DNA of 64,000 bases, taken from positions 416,001 through 480,000 of the forward strand of contig AL929603.2 of assembly GCA_000002445.1 (NCBI GenBank). The letters are read 5' to 3'. Below the pieces are notes generated by a model. The model had not been told where the DNA came from. It was given only the letters and a program-made list of their open reading frames with translations, and ran no database searches. This document shows, piece by piece, positions 22,709-34,300 of the stretch; the first letter of the stretch is position 1, and each line of letters opens with the position of its first letter. The translations under genes were made by a program, and so were the position numbers. This DNA is from Trypanosoma brucei (taxonomy: Eukaryota).

Positions 22709-24790
22709 ATGTTGCGCTACACCAGCTGCGCAGCTAATATGCTCTATGCACGCGGTGCGCTACGCGTCTTGGCTGGCGAAGAGAGTCTAATGTCGCATAA
22801 ACTGCTCGTCATCACGGCTCCACTGCTCAGCGCGCGATGCGTTCGCATGGCGTCAACTGGAGCCCCCGGCGCTGCCGAAAGTTTGGATAACAGTAACGTC
22901 GGTAGCGGCAGTAACATGCAATGCCGTGAGGCCTCCATCCGCCGGCTAGCGGTCGTGCGTCCCGATTTGGTTGGCGAATGGGTACCCGAGTTGAACGATA
23001 GTGACGTCTCCTCGGTTCTCTGTACGAGTACGATCGATGCGTGGTGGCGCTGTAATGCGTGCGGCACAAACTATCGGGCCACAGTGAAAGACCGTGCAAC
23101 CATTGAAAAGGGGTGCCCCGAGTGTGCGAGCACCCGTACGCTTAGGCAAAACCATGTTTCCTCTGACAGTTGTACCGGCACGGCCGCAGTCAGTGAAAGA
23201 ACTAACGAAACAGCGAAGGGATCCCTCAAGGAAACACATCCCGCTATCGCCGATCGTTGGGATTACGAGAGGAACGGCCTACTGCTCCCAACAGATGTTG
23301 ACGCCGCAAGTGAACTGAATGTTTGGTGGAAGCCGGCACCGGGTAGACCCTCACGTGAGCGATCGTTTCGCCGTCCAGTGTTCGCCTTCGTTGAGACACC
23401 CTACAGCGAAGAGGAGCAGCTGGAGGCCCAAACCGCTTTGGAGTTAGATGTATTGCAGCAAGTTCGGCAGGCATCCAAGATTACCACCGCTCGCGAAAAT
23501 CACGCTCTACCTGCAGCCGCGCGAATGCTGGATGACATTGTTTTTCGGAATAACAGCAGCAGTTCTTCTGAGCACACTTCCGCGACAACAAACATTGCGG
23601 CGTCGAGTGAACCGATGATTACTGAAGGAGCACAAGGGAACCGCTGTAATCTCGATGGGGAGGATCTGTACAAAGCTGTCGAGTTGTGGGAACGGAAACA
23701 TAAGACTAAGGCTGGATTGGAAACCCGACCGATGTTCTACTCCACAGAGAATTGTGACGGTGCTGCAATAGCGCGCGGGCAAGTGCTCACCGCTTATCAC
23801 CGCTTCGTCTCCGACCGTAAGCCTAAAGTGTGTACTGCACATGACGGCAATGAAAATGACCAACTCCCTATCCCTTCCGCCATTGAAGACCCCGACTGGT
23901 TGCAACACTTCACGCTGCGTGTAGATGATGTTGCCATCGGTCACAGCGCCTCCTCTGCACGTCTTGTTCTTCCCGACAATGTGGCGTTTGTGTCTGCGGT
24001 GGATCACGAGAAGCATACGACAGTCGCTAGTAATGGTGCTTCGAGGAAGAGCCGAATGGCCACACTGCCACCACCACCAGAGGAGTACGGAAGTGAGGTG
24101 CGCACAACGTTTGCTGTTCAAAAACGGTCGTATCCCCGCAGACCGCCCCAACCACCCGCACGGGAGGATGACGTGACGGAGGCAGTGCCGAAGGCTACGG
24201 AAGCTGCAGGCGAAAGAGCAATTGGATCCTTTCCACGTCACACGGGATCAGGCGCTGCACGGAACAATGGTCTACCCGAGGCCTCGTTCGCAGTAGTAAG
24301 TCTTTCGGGGGCACAAAGTCTCGCGCGGGAATACAACAGTGGTACAACGGACAATATAGACGCGCTTTTCGATGCCAAGGGTGAAGAACTTCAGAGACAA
24401 ACACTTCTTGGTCCCACCGCAATTAGTTCCATGACTGAGGAGCAGGTGCGAGCGCTGCAATACAACCGTGGGTCCCCTCGCCCTCGTCGCACAGGTCGCT
24501 TCAGGCTTCGACCTCCAGTTGAGACTGATAGTGGTTCTACTGAAGTTGTTAGGAAGGGGGATGTCCTAACTTCCACGTTTGGTTCAGGGGTGCTATCAGC
24601 AGCAGATGCGCCCACGCAAGATGAAGATAAAGACCTCAAGATTATTCAGGCGCCTGGTGCGCCCCGGAAAGTGTCGCGGCCCAAGAGAAAAAAGGCAGAG
24701 GAAGCAGCTCCTGGGGATGATTATGGTAATAATGCAGTTCGCGCTGCTGCTGGTGATGCGTCTAAAGATAAAGTAGCAGCTCCAGCTTAA
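22709..24790 (+). CDS. hypothetical protein with treble-clef 'probable zinc-ribbon' (DUF4379-like) repeats near the N-terminus
   Basis: GEWVPELNDSDVSS...WWRCNACGTNYRATVKDRATIEKGCPECAS fits the P-ela-eW...N....P-dv---S...WWkC..GHeW-a-i--R.....GCP-C consensus. A second, Cys-less copy follows (HPAIADRWDYERNGLLLPTDVDAASELNVWWK). The N-terminus is presequence-like and Arg/Ala-rich. The rest is low-complexity and Ala/Ser/Pro-rich. Confidence 0.55.
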   Translation: MLRYTSCAANMLYARGALRVLAGEESLMSHKLLVITAPLLSARCVRMASTGAPGAAESLDNSNVGSGSNMQCREASIRRLAVVRPDLVGEWVPELNDSDVSSVLCTSTIDAWWRCNACGTNYRATVKDRATIEKGCPECASTRTLRQNHVSSDSCTGTAAVSERTNETAKGSLKETHPAIADRWDYERNGLLLPTDVDAASELNVWWKPAPGRPSRERSFRRPVFAFVETPYSEEEQLEAQTALELDVLQQVRQASKITTARENHALPAAARMLDDIVFRNNSSSSSEHTSATTNIAASSEPMITEGAQGNRCNLDGEDLYKAVELWERKHKTKAGLETRPMFYSTENCDGAAIARGQVLTAYHRFVSDRKPKVCTAHDGNENDQLPIPSAIEDPDWLQHFTLRVDDVAIGHSASSARLVLPDNVAFVSAVDHEKHTTVASNGASRKSRMATLPPPPEEYGSEVRTTFAVQKRSYPRRPPQPPAREDDVTEAVPKATEAAGERAIGSFPRHTGSGAARNNGLPEASFAVVSLSGAQSLAREYNSGTTDNIDALFDAKGEELQRQTLLGPTAISSMTEEQVRALQYNRGSPRPRRTGRFRLRPPVETDSGSTEVVRKGDVLTSTFGSGVLSAADAPTQDEDKDLKIIQAPGAPRKVSRPKRKKAEEAAPGDDYGNNAVRAAAGDASKDKVAAPA

Positions 24791-25035
24791 GAGCACTTTG
24801 AATATTTGTTTGTGTCTGCTCGTACGGAGACGTACTGTGAGTAAAGAAGAAGGAAATCAACGCGAGGATCTGAGGAGGGAAGGAAAGAGGGGCGAAGTGA
24901 AGTGAACCCACACCCGCATCTTCCGCTGTTTGTCTGGTGGCCACAACTTCCTTTCACCGTTTCTTGGTTGCCTGTGGAACGTGGCATCAATGAACTTCGT
25001 GTGCTTTTTAAGTAGAAACCCCTCTGCGACTACTG

Positions 25036-25097
25036 TCTGTTCTTCTCTTCCTCACACCCGTCTCTATTTCCCTTTTCCTCTTTCTTTTGCTTCCCCA
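25036..25097 (+). promoter_or_regulatory. long polypyrimidine tract upstream of the giant repeat gene
   Basis: tctgttcttctcttcctcacacccgtctctatttcccttttcctctttcttttgcttcccc, then AG at 25099-25100. Confidence 0.4.
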
Positions 25098-25388
25098 AAG
25101 CAACCAACCTGGAAGTCATTACGGGGGATCTTGTACTATTTTCATTATTTGTTTTTATTGCTTTTGCTACTGCCGTTGGTGGTTGCACAACGTTTGTACC
25201 AAATATACATATAAAGGGGAGGGAAAGAAAGTCGAAATAACGATAATAATAACAGACGCAACAAAGTTGGAAAAAAGACTTGGAGCATTGACGGGAGGGG
25301 GTAGTGGGTGTGAGTATTTTCAGCAAGGTAAAGATTTTGAAACGCCAAGAGTTGCATACACACAGACAAACAGAGGAAAGAGAAGACA

Positions 25389-28300
25389 ATGTCGTATTAT
25401 AATAATCAACAACAGTCGCTCCCGTTTCAACCACTTCTTTCATCCAGAAGCTTCAGAACGGTACGCAGCCATGTAACGCGAACAAGTAACCTTCACTGTA
25501 GCACTGCAAGGGACGATGTTGATGCCACCTGCAGCGATACCACCATGAGTTTACACCATAGTGATACGAAAAGTTGTACCGATTTAGATTGTGCCACGAT
25601 GACCTCAAGGAGGAGACAACGATTGCCTTGCTTTGTTTGGAGCAAGAAAACTATTCCTCAACACCCCCAAGACTGGTCCAAGTCGAGACCAGATAGCTTC
25701 CGACATGATGATACCAGCCTTCTTAAGCAAGAGGGAGACTCGTTGCCCAGTGCACGAAGGGATGTACAACTACACTGCCAGGGACACCCAACACGGCCGC
25801 TCGTTTCCGCGCGGTCTGGGGGGAAAACGCGAACAAGGACTGTTTATAATAACAGTACCGTTACATGTACAACGTGCGCCACAGGTAGGAAGTTATCATA
25901 CCCACTATCAGTGGAAGCACATAATGATCACGCATTGTGCACGTGCGTCCCATGGCTCAGGTCTCTTGAGGCACTTCATCACCACGACGTAACCCCTGAA
26001 AAGGGCTGGGAATGCATATCCATTGAACGGGACGCGTTCAACCGCTCAACAGTTAGCTCCATTTCACCACCGTTATCACCGTATCTACCAGCGAAAACAC
26101 AGGGGAAAAAGGGACAAATGACAAATTTACTCTCACCACGAAGGTTGTACGCCGCCGTCAATAGCGCTAAAACCAAAAGCGACAGAGACGTATTTGCAGT
26201 TAGTGCCCGACCACATAAAACCAGTATGGGAAGCAGTGTAAACACAGCACGGCAGTATACAAAATATGTTAAAACAGCAAGAGAAGCATCACGAAAACCA
26301 CTTACTGTGCGCCATATCAATGACACAAATCCAATATATACCTTCTCAAATGAAAACAAGCAGAGGAATAAAGAAAATGCACTTCAGGATACGAAGAAGC
26401 CTGAAACAAAACCAGAAATAGAAATCTCCACAGCAACAACGGACGGACCTACGTACAACGAAAAAATAACAAAATGCAGAATGGAATCGCCTGCACTACG
26501 AAAAACAAAAAAAGAAGCTACGACCGAAAACCAAACTCAATGCACAAAACAGAAGGCACCAGCGACAAAAAATACATCTTCCATTCAAAAAAAATACGAA
26601 CTCAGTACCACACAAAAACAACAACTGGAAATAAAAAAAAAAGAAAAAAAGAAAAAAAAGAGTAGTATCAACACTAAAAACCCAATCACACAACAACAAA
26701 ACACAAAGCAACGTACATCGCTTACGCAGAACCTACAAAACAATTCAACATCAGAAAAGGAATTTAACCACATTCGAATAAACTCAACCAAAACCATCAT
26801 GGACGAGGCACCATGCGCCCCGGAGGACTTCCTAGCGGAGGAATCCCAGCAACACACTGCGAGGAGTGAAGCTGACATTGATGAAGAGCAGCAGCCGCAG
26901 GAGCAGCAAACCGAAGCCATCATGGACGAGGCACCATGCGCCCCGGAGGACTTCATAGCGGAGGAATCCCAGCAACACACTGCGAGGAGTGAAGCTGACA
27001 TTGATGAAGAGCAGCAGCCGCAGGAGCAGCAAACCGAAACCATCATGGACGAGGCACCATGCGCCCCGGAGGACTTCCTAGCGGAGGAATCCCAGCAACA
27101 CACTGCGAGGAGTGAAGCTGACATTGATGAAGAGCAGCAGCCGCAGGAGCAGCAAACCGAAACCATCATGGACGAGGCACCATGCGCCCCGGAGGACTTC
27201 CTAGCGGAGGAATCCCAGCAACACACTGCGAGGAGTGAAGCTGACATTGATGAAGAGCAGCAGCCGCAGGAGCAGCAAACCGAAACCATCATGGACGAGG
27301 CACCATGCGCCCCGGAGGACTTCCTAGCGGAGGAATCCCAGCAACACACTGCGAGGAGTGAAGCTGACATTGATGAAGAGCAGCAGCCGCAGGAGCAGCA
27401 AACCGAAACCATCATGGACGAGGCACCATGCGCCCCGGAGGACTTCCTAGCGGAGGAATCCCAGCAACACACTGCGAGGAGTGAAGCTGACATTGATGAA
27501 GAGCAGCAGCCGCAGGAGCAGCAAACCGAAACCATCATGGACGAGGCACCATGCGCCCCGGAGGACTTCCTAGCGGAGGAATCCCAGCAACACACTGCGA
27601 GGAGTGAAGCTGACATTGATGAAGAGCAGCAGCCGCAGGAGCAGCAAACCGAAGCCATCATGGACGAGGCACCATGCGCCCCGGAGGACTTCCTAGCGGA
27701 GGAATCCCAGCAACACACTGCGAGGAGTGAAGCTGACATTGATGAAGAGCAGCAGCCGCAGGAGCAGCAAACCGAAGCCATCATGGACGAGGCATCATGC
27801 GCCCCGGAGGACTTCATAGCGGAGGAATCCCAGCAACACACTGCGAGGAGTGAAGCTGACATTGATGAAGAGCAGCAGCCGCAGGAGCAGCAAACCGAAG
27901 CCATCATGGACGAGGCACCATGCGCCCCGGAGGACTTCCTAGCGGAGGAATCCCAGCAACACACTGCGAGGAGTGAAGCTGACATTGATGAAGAGCAGCA
28001 GCCGCAGGAGCAGCAAACCGAAGCCATCATGGACGAGGCACCATGCGCCCCGGAGGACTTCCTAGCGGAGGAATCCCAGCAACACACTGCGAGGAGTGAA
28101 GCTGACATTGATGAAGAGCAGCAGCCGCAGGAGCAGCAAACCGAAACCATCATGGACGAGGCACCATGCGCCCCGGAGGACTTCCTAGCGGAGGAATCCC
28201 AGCAACACACTGCGAGGAGTGAAGCTGACATTGATGAAGAGCAGCAGCCGCAGGAGCAGCAAACCGAAACCATCATGGACGAGGCACCATGCGCCCCGGA

Positions 28301-31300
28301 GGACTTCCTAGCGGAGGAATCCCAGCAACACACTGCGAGGAGTGAAGCTGACATTGATGAAGAGCAGCAGCCGCAGGAGCAGCAAACCGAAACCATCATG
28401 GACGAGGCACCATGCGCCCCGGAGGACTTCCTAGCGGAGGAATCCCAGCAACACACTGCGAGGAGTGAAGCTGACATTGATGAAGAGCAGCAGCCGCAGG
28501 AGCAGCAAACCGAAACCATCATGGACGAGGCACCATGCGCTCCGGAGGACTTCCTAGCGGAGGAATCCCAGCAACACACTGCGAGGAGTGAAGCTGACAT
28601 TGATGAAGAGCAGCAGCCGCAGGAGCAGCAAACCGAAACCATCATGGACGAGGCACCATGCGCCCCGGAGGACTTCCTAGCGGAGGAATCCCAGCAACAC
28701 ACTGCGAGGAGTGAAGCTGACATTGATGAAGAGCAGCAGCCGCAGGAGCAGCAAACCGAAACCATCATGGACGAGGCACCATGCGCTCCGGAGGACTTCC
28801 TAGCGGAGGAATCCCAGCAACACACTGCGAGGAGTGAAGCTGACATTGATGAAGAGCAGCAGCCGCAGGAGCAGCAAACCGAAACCATCATGGACGAGGC
28901 ACCATGCGCTCCGGAGGACTTCCTAGCGGAGGAATCCCAGCAACACACTGCGAGGAGTGAAGCTGACATTGATGAAGAGCAGCAGCCGCAGGAGCAGCAA
29001 ACCGAAACCATCATGGACGAGGCACCATGCGCTCCGGAGGACTTCATAGCGGAGGAATCCCAGCAACACACTGCGAGGAGTGAAGCTGACATTGATGAAG
29101 AGCAGCAGCCGCAGGAGCAGCAAACCGAAACCATCATGGACGAGGCACCATGCGCTCCGGAGGACTTCCTAGCGGAGGAATCCCAGCAACACACTGCGAG
29201 GAGTGAAGCTGACATTGATGAAGAGCAGCAGCCGCAGGAGCAGCAAACCGAAACCATCATGGACGAGGCACCATGCGCTCCGGAGGACTTCCTAGCGGAG
29301 GAATCCCAGCAACACACTGCGAGGAGTGAAGCTGACATTGACGAAGAGCAGCAGCCGCAGGAGCAGCAAACCGAAACCATCATGGACGAGGCACCATGCG
29401 CCCCGGAGGACTTCCTAGCGGAGGAATCCCAGCAACACACTGCGAGGAGTGAAGCTGACATTGATGAAGAGCAGCAGCCGCAGGAGCAGCAAACCGAAAC
29501 CATCATGGACGAGGCACCATGCGCCCCGGAGGACTTCCTAGCGGAGGAATCCCAGCAACACACTGCGAGGAGTGAAGCTGACATTGATGAAGAGCAGCAG
29601 CCGCAGGAGCAGCAAACCGAAACCATCATGGACGAGGCACCATGCGCCCCGGAGGACTTCCTAGCGGAGGAATCCCAGCAACACACTGCGAGGAGTGAAG
29701 CTGACATTGATGAAGAGCAGCAGCCGCAGGAGCAGCAAACCGAAACCATCATGGACGAGGCACCATGCGCTCCGGAGGACTTCCTAGCGGAGGAATCCCA
29801 GCAACACACTGCGAGGAGTGAAGCTGACATTGATGAAGAGCAGCAGCCGCAGGAGCAGCAAACCGAAACCATCATGGACGAGGCACCATGCGCTCCGGAG
29901 GACTTCCTAGCGGAGGAATCCCAGCAACACACTGCGAGGAGTGAAGCTGACATTGATGAAGAGCAGCAGCCGCAGGAGCAGCAAACCGAAACCATCATGG
30001 ACGAGGCACCATGCGCCCCGGAGGACTTCCTAGCGGAGGAATCCCAGCAACACACTGCGAGGAGTGAAGCTGACATTGATGAAGAGCAGCAGCCGCAGGA
30101 GCAGCAAACCGAAACCATCATGGACGAGGCACCATGCGCCCCGGAGGACTTCCTAGCGGAGGAATCCCAGCAACACACTGCGAGGAGTGAAGCTGACATT
30201 GATGAAGAGCAGCAGCCGCAGGAGCAGCAAACCGAAACCATCATGGACGAGGCACCATGCGCCCCGGAGGACTTCCTAGCGGAGGAATCCCAGCAACACA
30301 CTGCGAGGAGTGAAGCTGACATTGATGAAGAGCAGCAGCCGCAGGAGCAGCAAACCGAAACCATCATGGACGAGGCACCATGCGCCCCGGAGGACTTCCT
30401 AGCGGAGGAATCCCAGCAACACACTGCGAGGAGTGAAGCTGACATTGATGAAGAGCAGCAGCCGCAGGAGCAGCAAACCGAAGCCATCATGGACGAGGCA
30501 CCATGCGCCCCGGAGGACTTCATAGCGGAGGAATCCCAGCAACACACTGCGAGGAGTGAAGCTGACATTGATGAAGAGCAGCAGCCGCAGGAGCAGCAAA
30601 CCGAAACCATCATGGACGAGGCACCATGCGCCCCGGAGGACTTCCTAGCGGAGGAATCCCAGCAACACACTGCGAGGAGTGAAGCTGACATTGATGAAGA
30701 GCAGCAGCCGCAGGAGCAGCAAACCGAAACCATCATGGACGAGGCACCATGCGCCCCGGAGGACTTCCTAGCGGAGGAATCCCAGCAACACACTGCGAGA
30801 AGTGAAGCTGACATTGATGAAGAGCAGCAGCCGCAGGAGCAGCAAACCGAAACCATCATGGACGAGGCACCATGCGCCCCGGAGGACTTCCTAGCGGAGG
30901 AATCCCAGCAACACACTGCGAGAAGTGAAGCTGACATTGATGAAGAGCAGCAGCCGCAGGAGCAGCAAACCGAAACCATCATGGACGAGGCACCATGCGC
31001 CCCGGAGGACTTCCTAGCGGAGGAATCCCAGCAACACACTGCGAGGAGTGAAGCTGACATTGATGAAGAGCAGCAGCCGCAGGAGCAGCAAACCGAAACC
31101 ATCATGGACGAGGCACCATGCGCCCCGGAGGACTTCCTAGCGGAGGAATCCCAGCAACACACTGCGAGGAGTGAAGCTGACATTGATGAAGAGCAGCAGC
31201 CGCAGGAGCAGCAAACCGAAACCATCATGGACGAGGCACCATGCGCCCCGGAGGACTTCCTAGCGGAGGAATCCCAGCAACACACTGCGAGAAGTGAAGC

Positions 31301-34300
31301 TGACATTGATGAAGAGCAGCAGCCGCAGGAGCAGCAAACCGAAACCATCATGGACGAGGCACCATGCGCCCCGGAGGACTTCCTAGCGGAGGAATCCCAG
31401 CAACACACTGCGAGGAGTGAAGCTGACATTGATGAAGAGCAGCAGCCGCAGGAGCAGCAAACCGAAACCATCATGGACGAGGCACCATGCGCCCCGGAGG
31501 ACTTCCTAGCGGAGGAATCCCAGCAACACACTGCGAGGAGTGAAGCTGACATTGATGAAGAGCAGCAGCCGCAGGAGCAGCAAACCGAAACCATCATGGA
31601 CGAGGCACCATGCGCCCCGGAGGACTTCCTAGCGGAGGAATCCCAGCAACACACTGCGAGGAGTGAAGCTGACATTGATGAAGAGCAGCAGCCGCAGGAG
31701 CAGCAAACCGAAACCATCATGGACGAGGCACCATGCGCCCCGGAGGACTTCCTAGCGGAGGAATCCCAGCAACACACTGCGAGGAGTGAAGCTGACATTG
31801 ATGAAGAGCAGCAGCCGCAGGAGCAGCAAACCGAAGCCATCATGGACGAGGCACCATGCGCCCCGGAGGACTTCCTAGCGGAGGAATCCCAGCAACACAC
31901 TGCGAGGAGTGAAGCTGACATTGATGAAGAGCAGCAGCCGCAGGAGCAGCAAACCGAAGCCATCATGGACGAGGCACCATGCGCCCCGGAGGACTTCCTA
32001 GCGGAGGAATCCCAGCAACACACTGCGAGGAGTGAAGCTGACATTGATGAAGAGCAGCAGCCGCAGGAGCAGCAAACCGAAACCATCATGGACGAGGCAC
32101 CATGCGCCCCGGAGGACTTCCTAGCGGAGGAATCCCAGCAACACACTGCGAGGAGTGAAGCTGACATTGATGAAGAGCAGCAGCCGCAGGAGCAGCAAAC
32201 CGAAACCATCATGGACGAGGCACCATGCGCCCCGGAGGACTTCCTAGCGGAGGAATCCCAGCAACACACTGCGAGGAGTGAAGCTGACATTGATGAAGAG
32301 CAGCAGCCGCAGGAGCAGCAAACCGAAGCCATCATGGACGAGGCACCATGCGCCCCGGAGGACTTCCTAGCGGAGGAATCCCAGCAACACACTGCGAGGA
32401 GTGAAGCTGACATTGATGAAGAGCAGCAGCCGCAGGAGCAGCAAACCGAAACCATCATGGACGAGGCACCATGCGCCCCGGAGGACTTCCTAGCGGAGGA
32501 ATCCCAGCAACACACTGCGAGGAGTGAAGCTGACATTGATGAAGAGCAGCAGCCGCAGGAGCAGCAAACCGAAACCATCATGGACGAGGCACCATGCGCC
32601 CCGGAGGACTTCCTAGCGGAGGAATCCCAGCAACACACTGCGAGAAGTGAAGCTGACATTGATGAAGAGCAGCAGCCGCAGGAGCAGCAAACCGAAACCA
32701 TCATGGACGAGGCACCATGCGCCCCGGAGGACTTCCTAGCGGAGGAATCCCAGCAACACACTGCGAGAAGTGAAGCTGACATTGATGTAGAGCAGCAGCC
32801 GCAGGAGCAGCAAACCGAAACCATCATGGACGAGGCACCATGCGCCCCGGAGGACTTCCTAGCGGAGGAATCCCAGCAACACACTGCGAGAAGTGAAGCT
32901 GACATTGATGAAGAGCAGCAGCCGCAGGAGCAGCAAACCGAAACCATCATGGACGAGGCACCATGCGCCCCGGAGGACTTCCTAGCGGAGGAATCCCAGC
33001 AACACACTGCGAGGAGTGAAGCTGACATTGATGAAGAGCAGCAGCCGCAGGAGCAGCAAACCGAAACCATCATGGACGAGGCACCATGCGCCCCGGAGGA
33101 CTTCCTAGCGGAGGAATCCCAGCAACACACTGCGAGGAGTGAAGCTGACATTGATGAAGAGCAGCAGCCGCAGGAGCAGCAAACCGAAACCATCATGGAC
33201 GAGGCACCATGCGCCCCGGAGGACTTCCTAGCGGAGGAATCCCAGCAACACACTGCGAGGAGTGAAGCTGACATTGATGAAGAGCAGCAGCCGCAGGAGC
33301 AGCAAACCGAAACCATCATGGACGAGGCACCATGCGCTCCGGAGGACTTCCTAGCGGAGGAATCCCAGCAACACACTGCGAGGAGTGAAGCTGACATTGA
33401 TGAAGAGCAGCAGCCGCAGGAGCAGCAAACCGAAACCATCATGGACGAGGCACCATGCGCTCCGGAGGACTTCCTAGCGGAGGAATCCCAGCAACACACT
33501 GCGAGGAGTGAAGCTGACATTGATGAAGAGCAGCAGCCGCAGGAGCAGCAAACCGAAACCATCATGGACGAGGCACCATGCGCCCCGGAGGACTTCCTAG
33601 CGGAGGAATCCCAGCAACACACTGCGAGGAGTGAAGCTGACATTGATGAAGAGCAGCAGCCGCAGGAGCAGCAAACCGAAACCATCATGGACGAGGCACC
33701 ATGCGCCCCGGAGGACTTCCTAGCGGAGGAATCCCAGCAACACACTGCGAGGAGTGAAGCTGACATTGATGAAGAGCAGCAGCCGCAGGAGCAGCAAACC
33801 GAAGCCATCATGGACGAGGCACCATGCGCTCCGGAGGACTTCCTAGCGGAGGAATCCCAGCAACACACTGCGAGGAGTGAAGCTGGCATTGATGAAGAGC
33901 AGCAGCCGCAGGAGCAGCAAACCGAAACCATCATGGACGAGGCACCATGCGCCCCGGAGGACTTCCTAGCGGAGGAATCCCAGCAACACACTGCGAGGAG
34001 TGAAGCTGACATTGATGAAGAGCAGCAGCCGCAGGAGCAGCAAACCGAAACCATCATGGACGAGGCACCATGCGCTCCGGAGGACTTCCTAGCGGAGGAA
34101 TCCCAGCAACACACTGCGAGGAGTGAAGCTGACATTGATGAAGAGCAGCAGCCGCAGGAGCAGCAAACCGAAACCATCATGGACGAGGCACCATGCGCCC
34201 CGGAGGACTTCCTAGCGGAGGAATCCCAGCAACACACTGCGAGGAGTGAAGCTGACATTGATGAAGAGCAGCAGCCGCAGGAGCAGCAAACCGAAGCCAT

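Noticed and set aside
23507-24241. 244-aa minus-strand ORF
   Set aside because: It is entirely antisense to the well-supported 693-aa + strand gene. It has no domain and is Cys/Arg-rich from GC-rich antisense codons.
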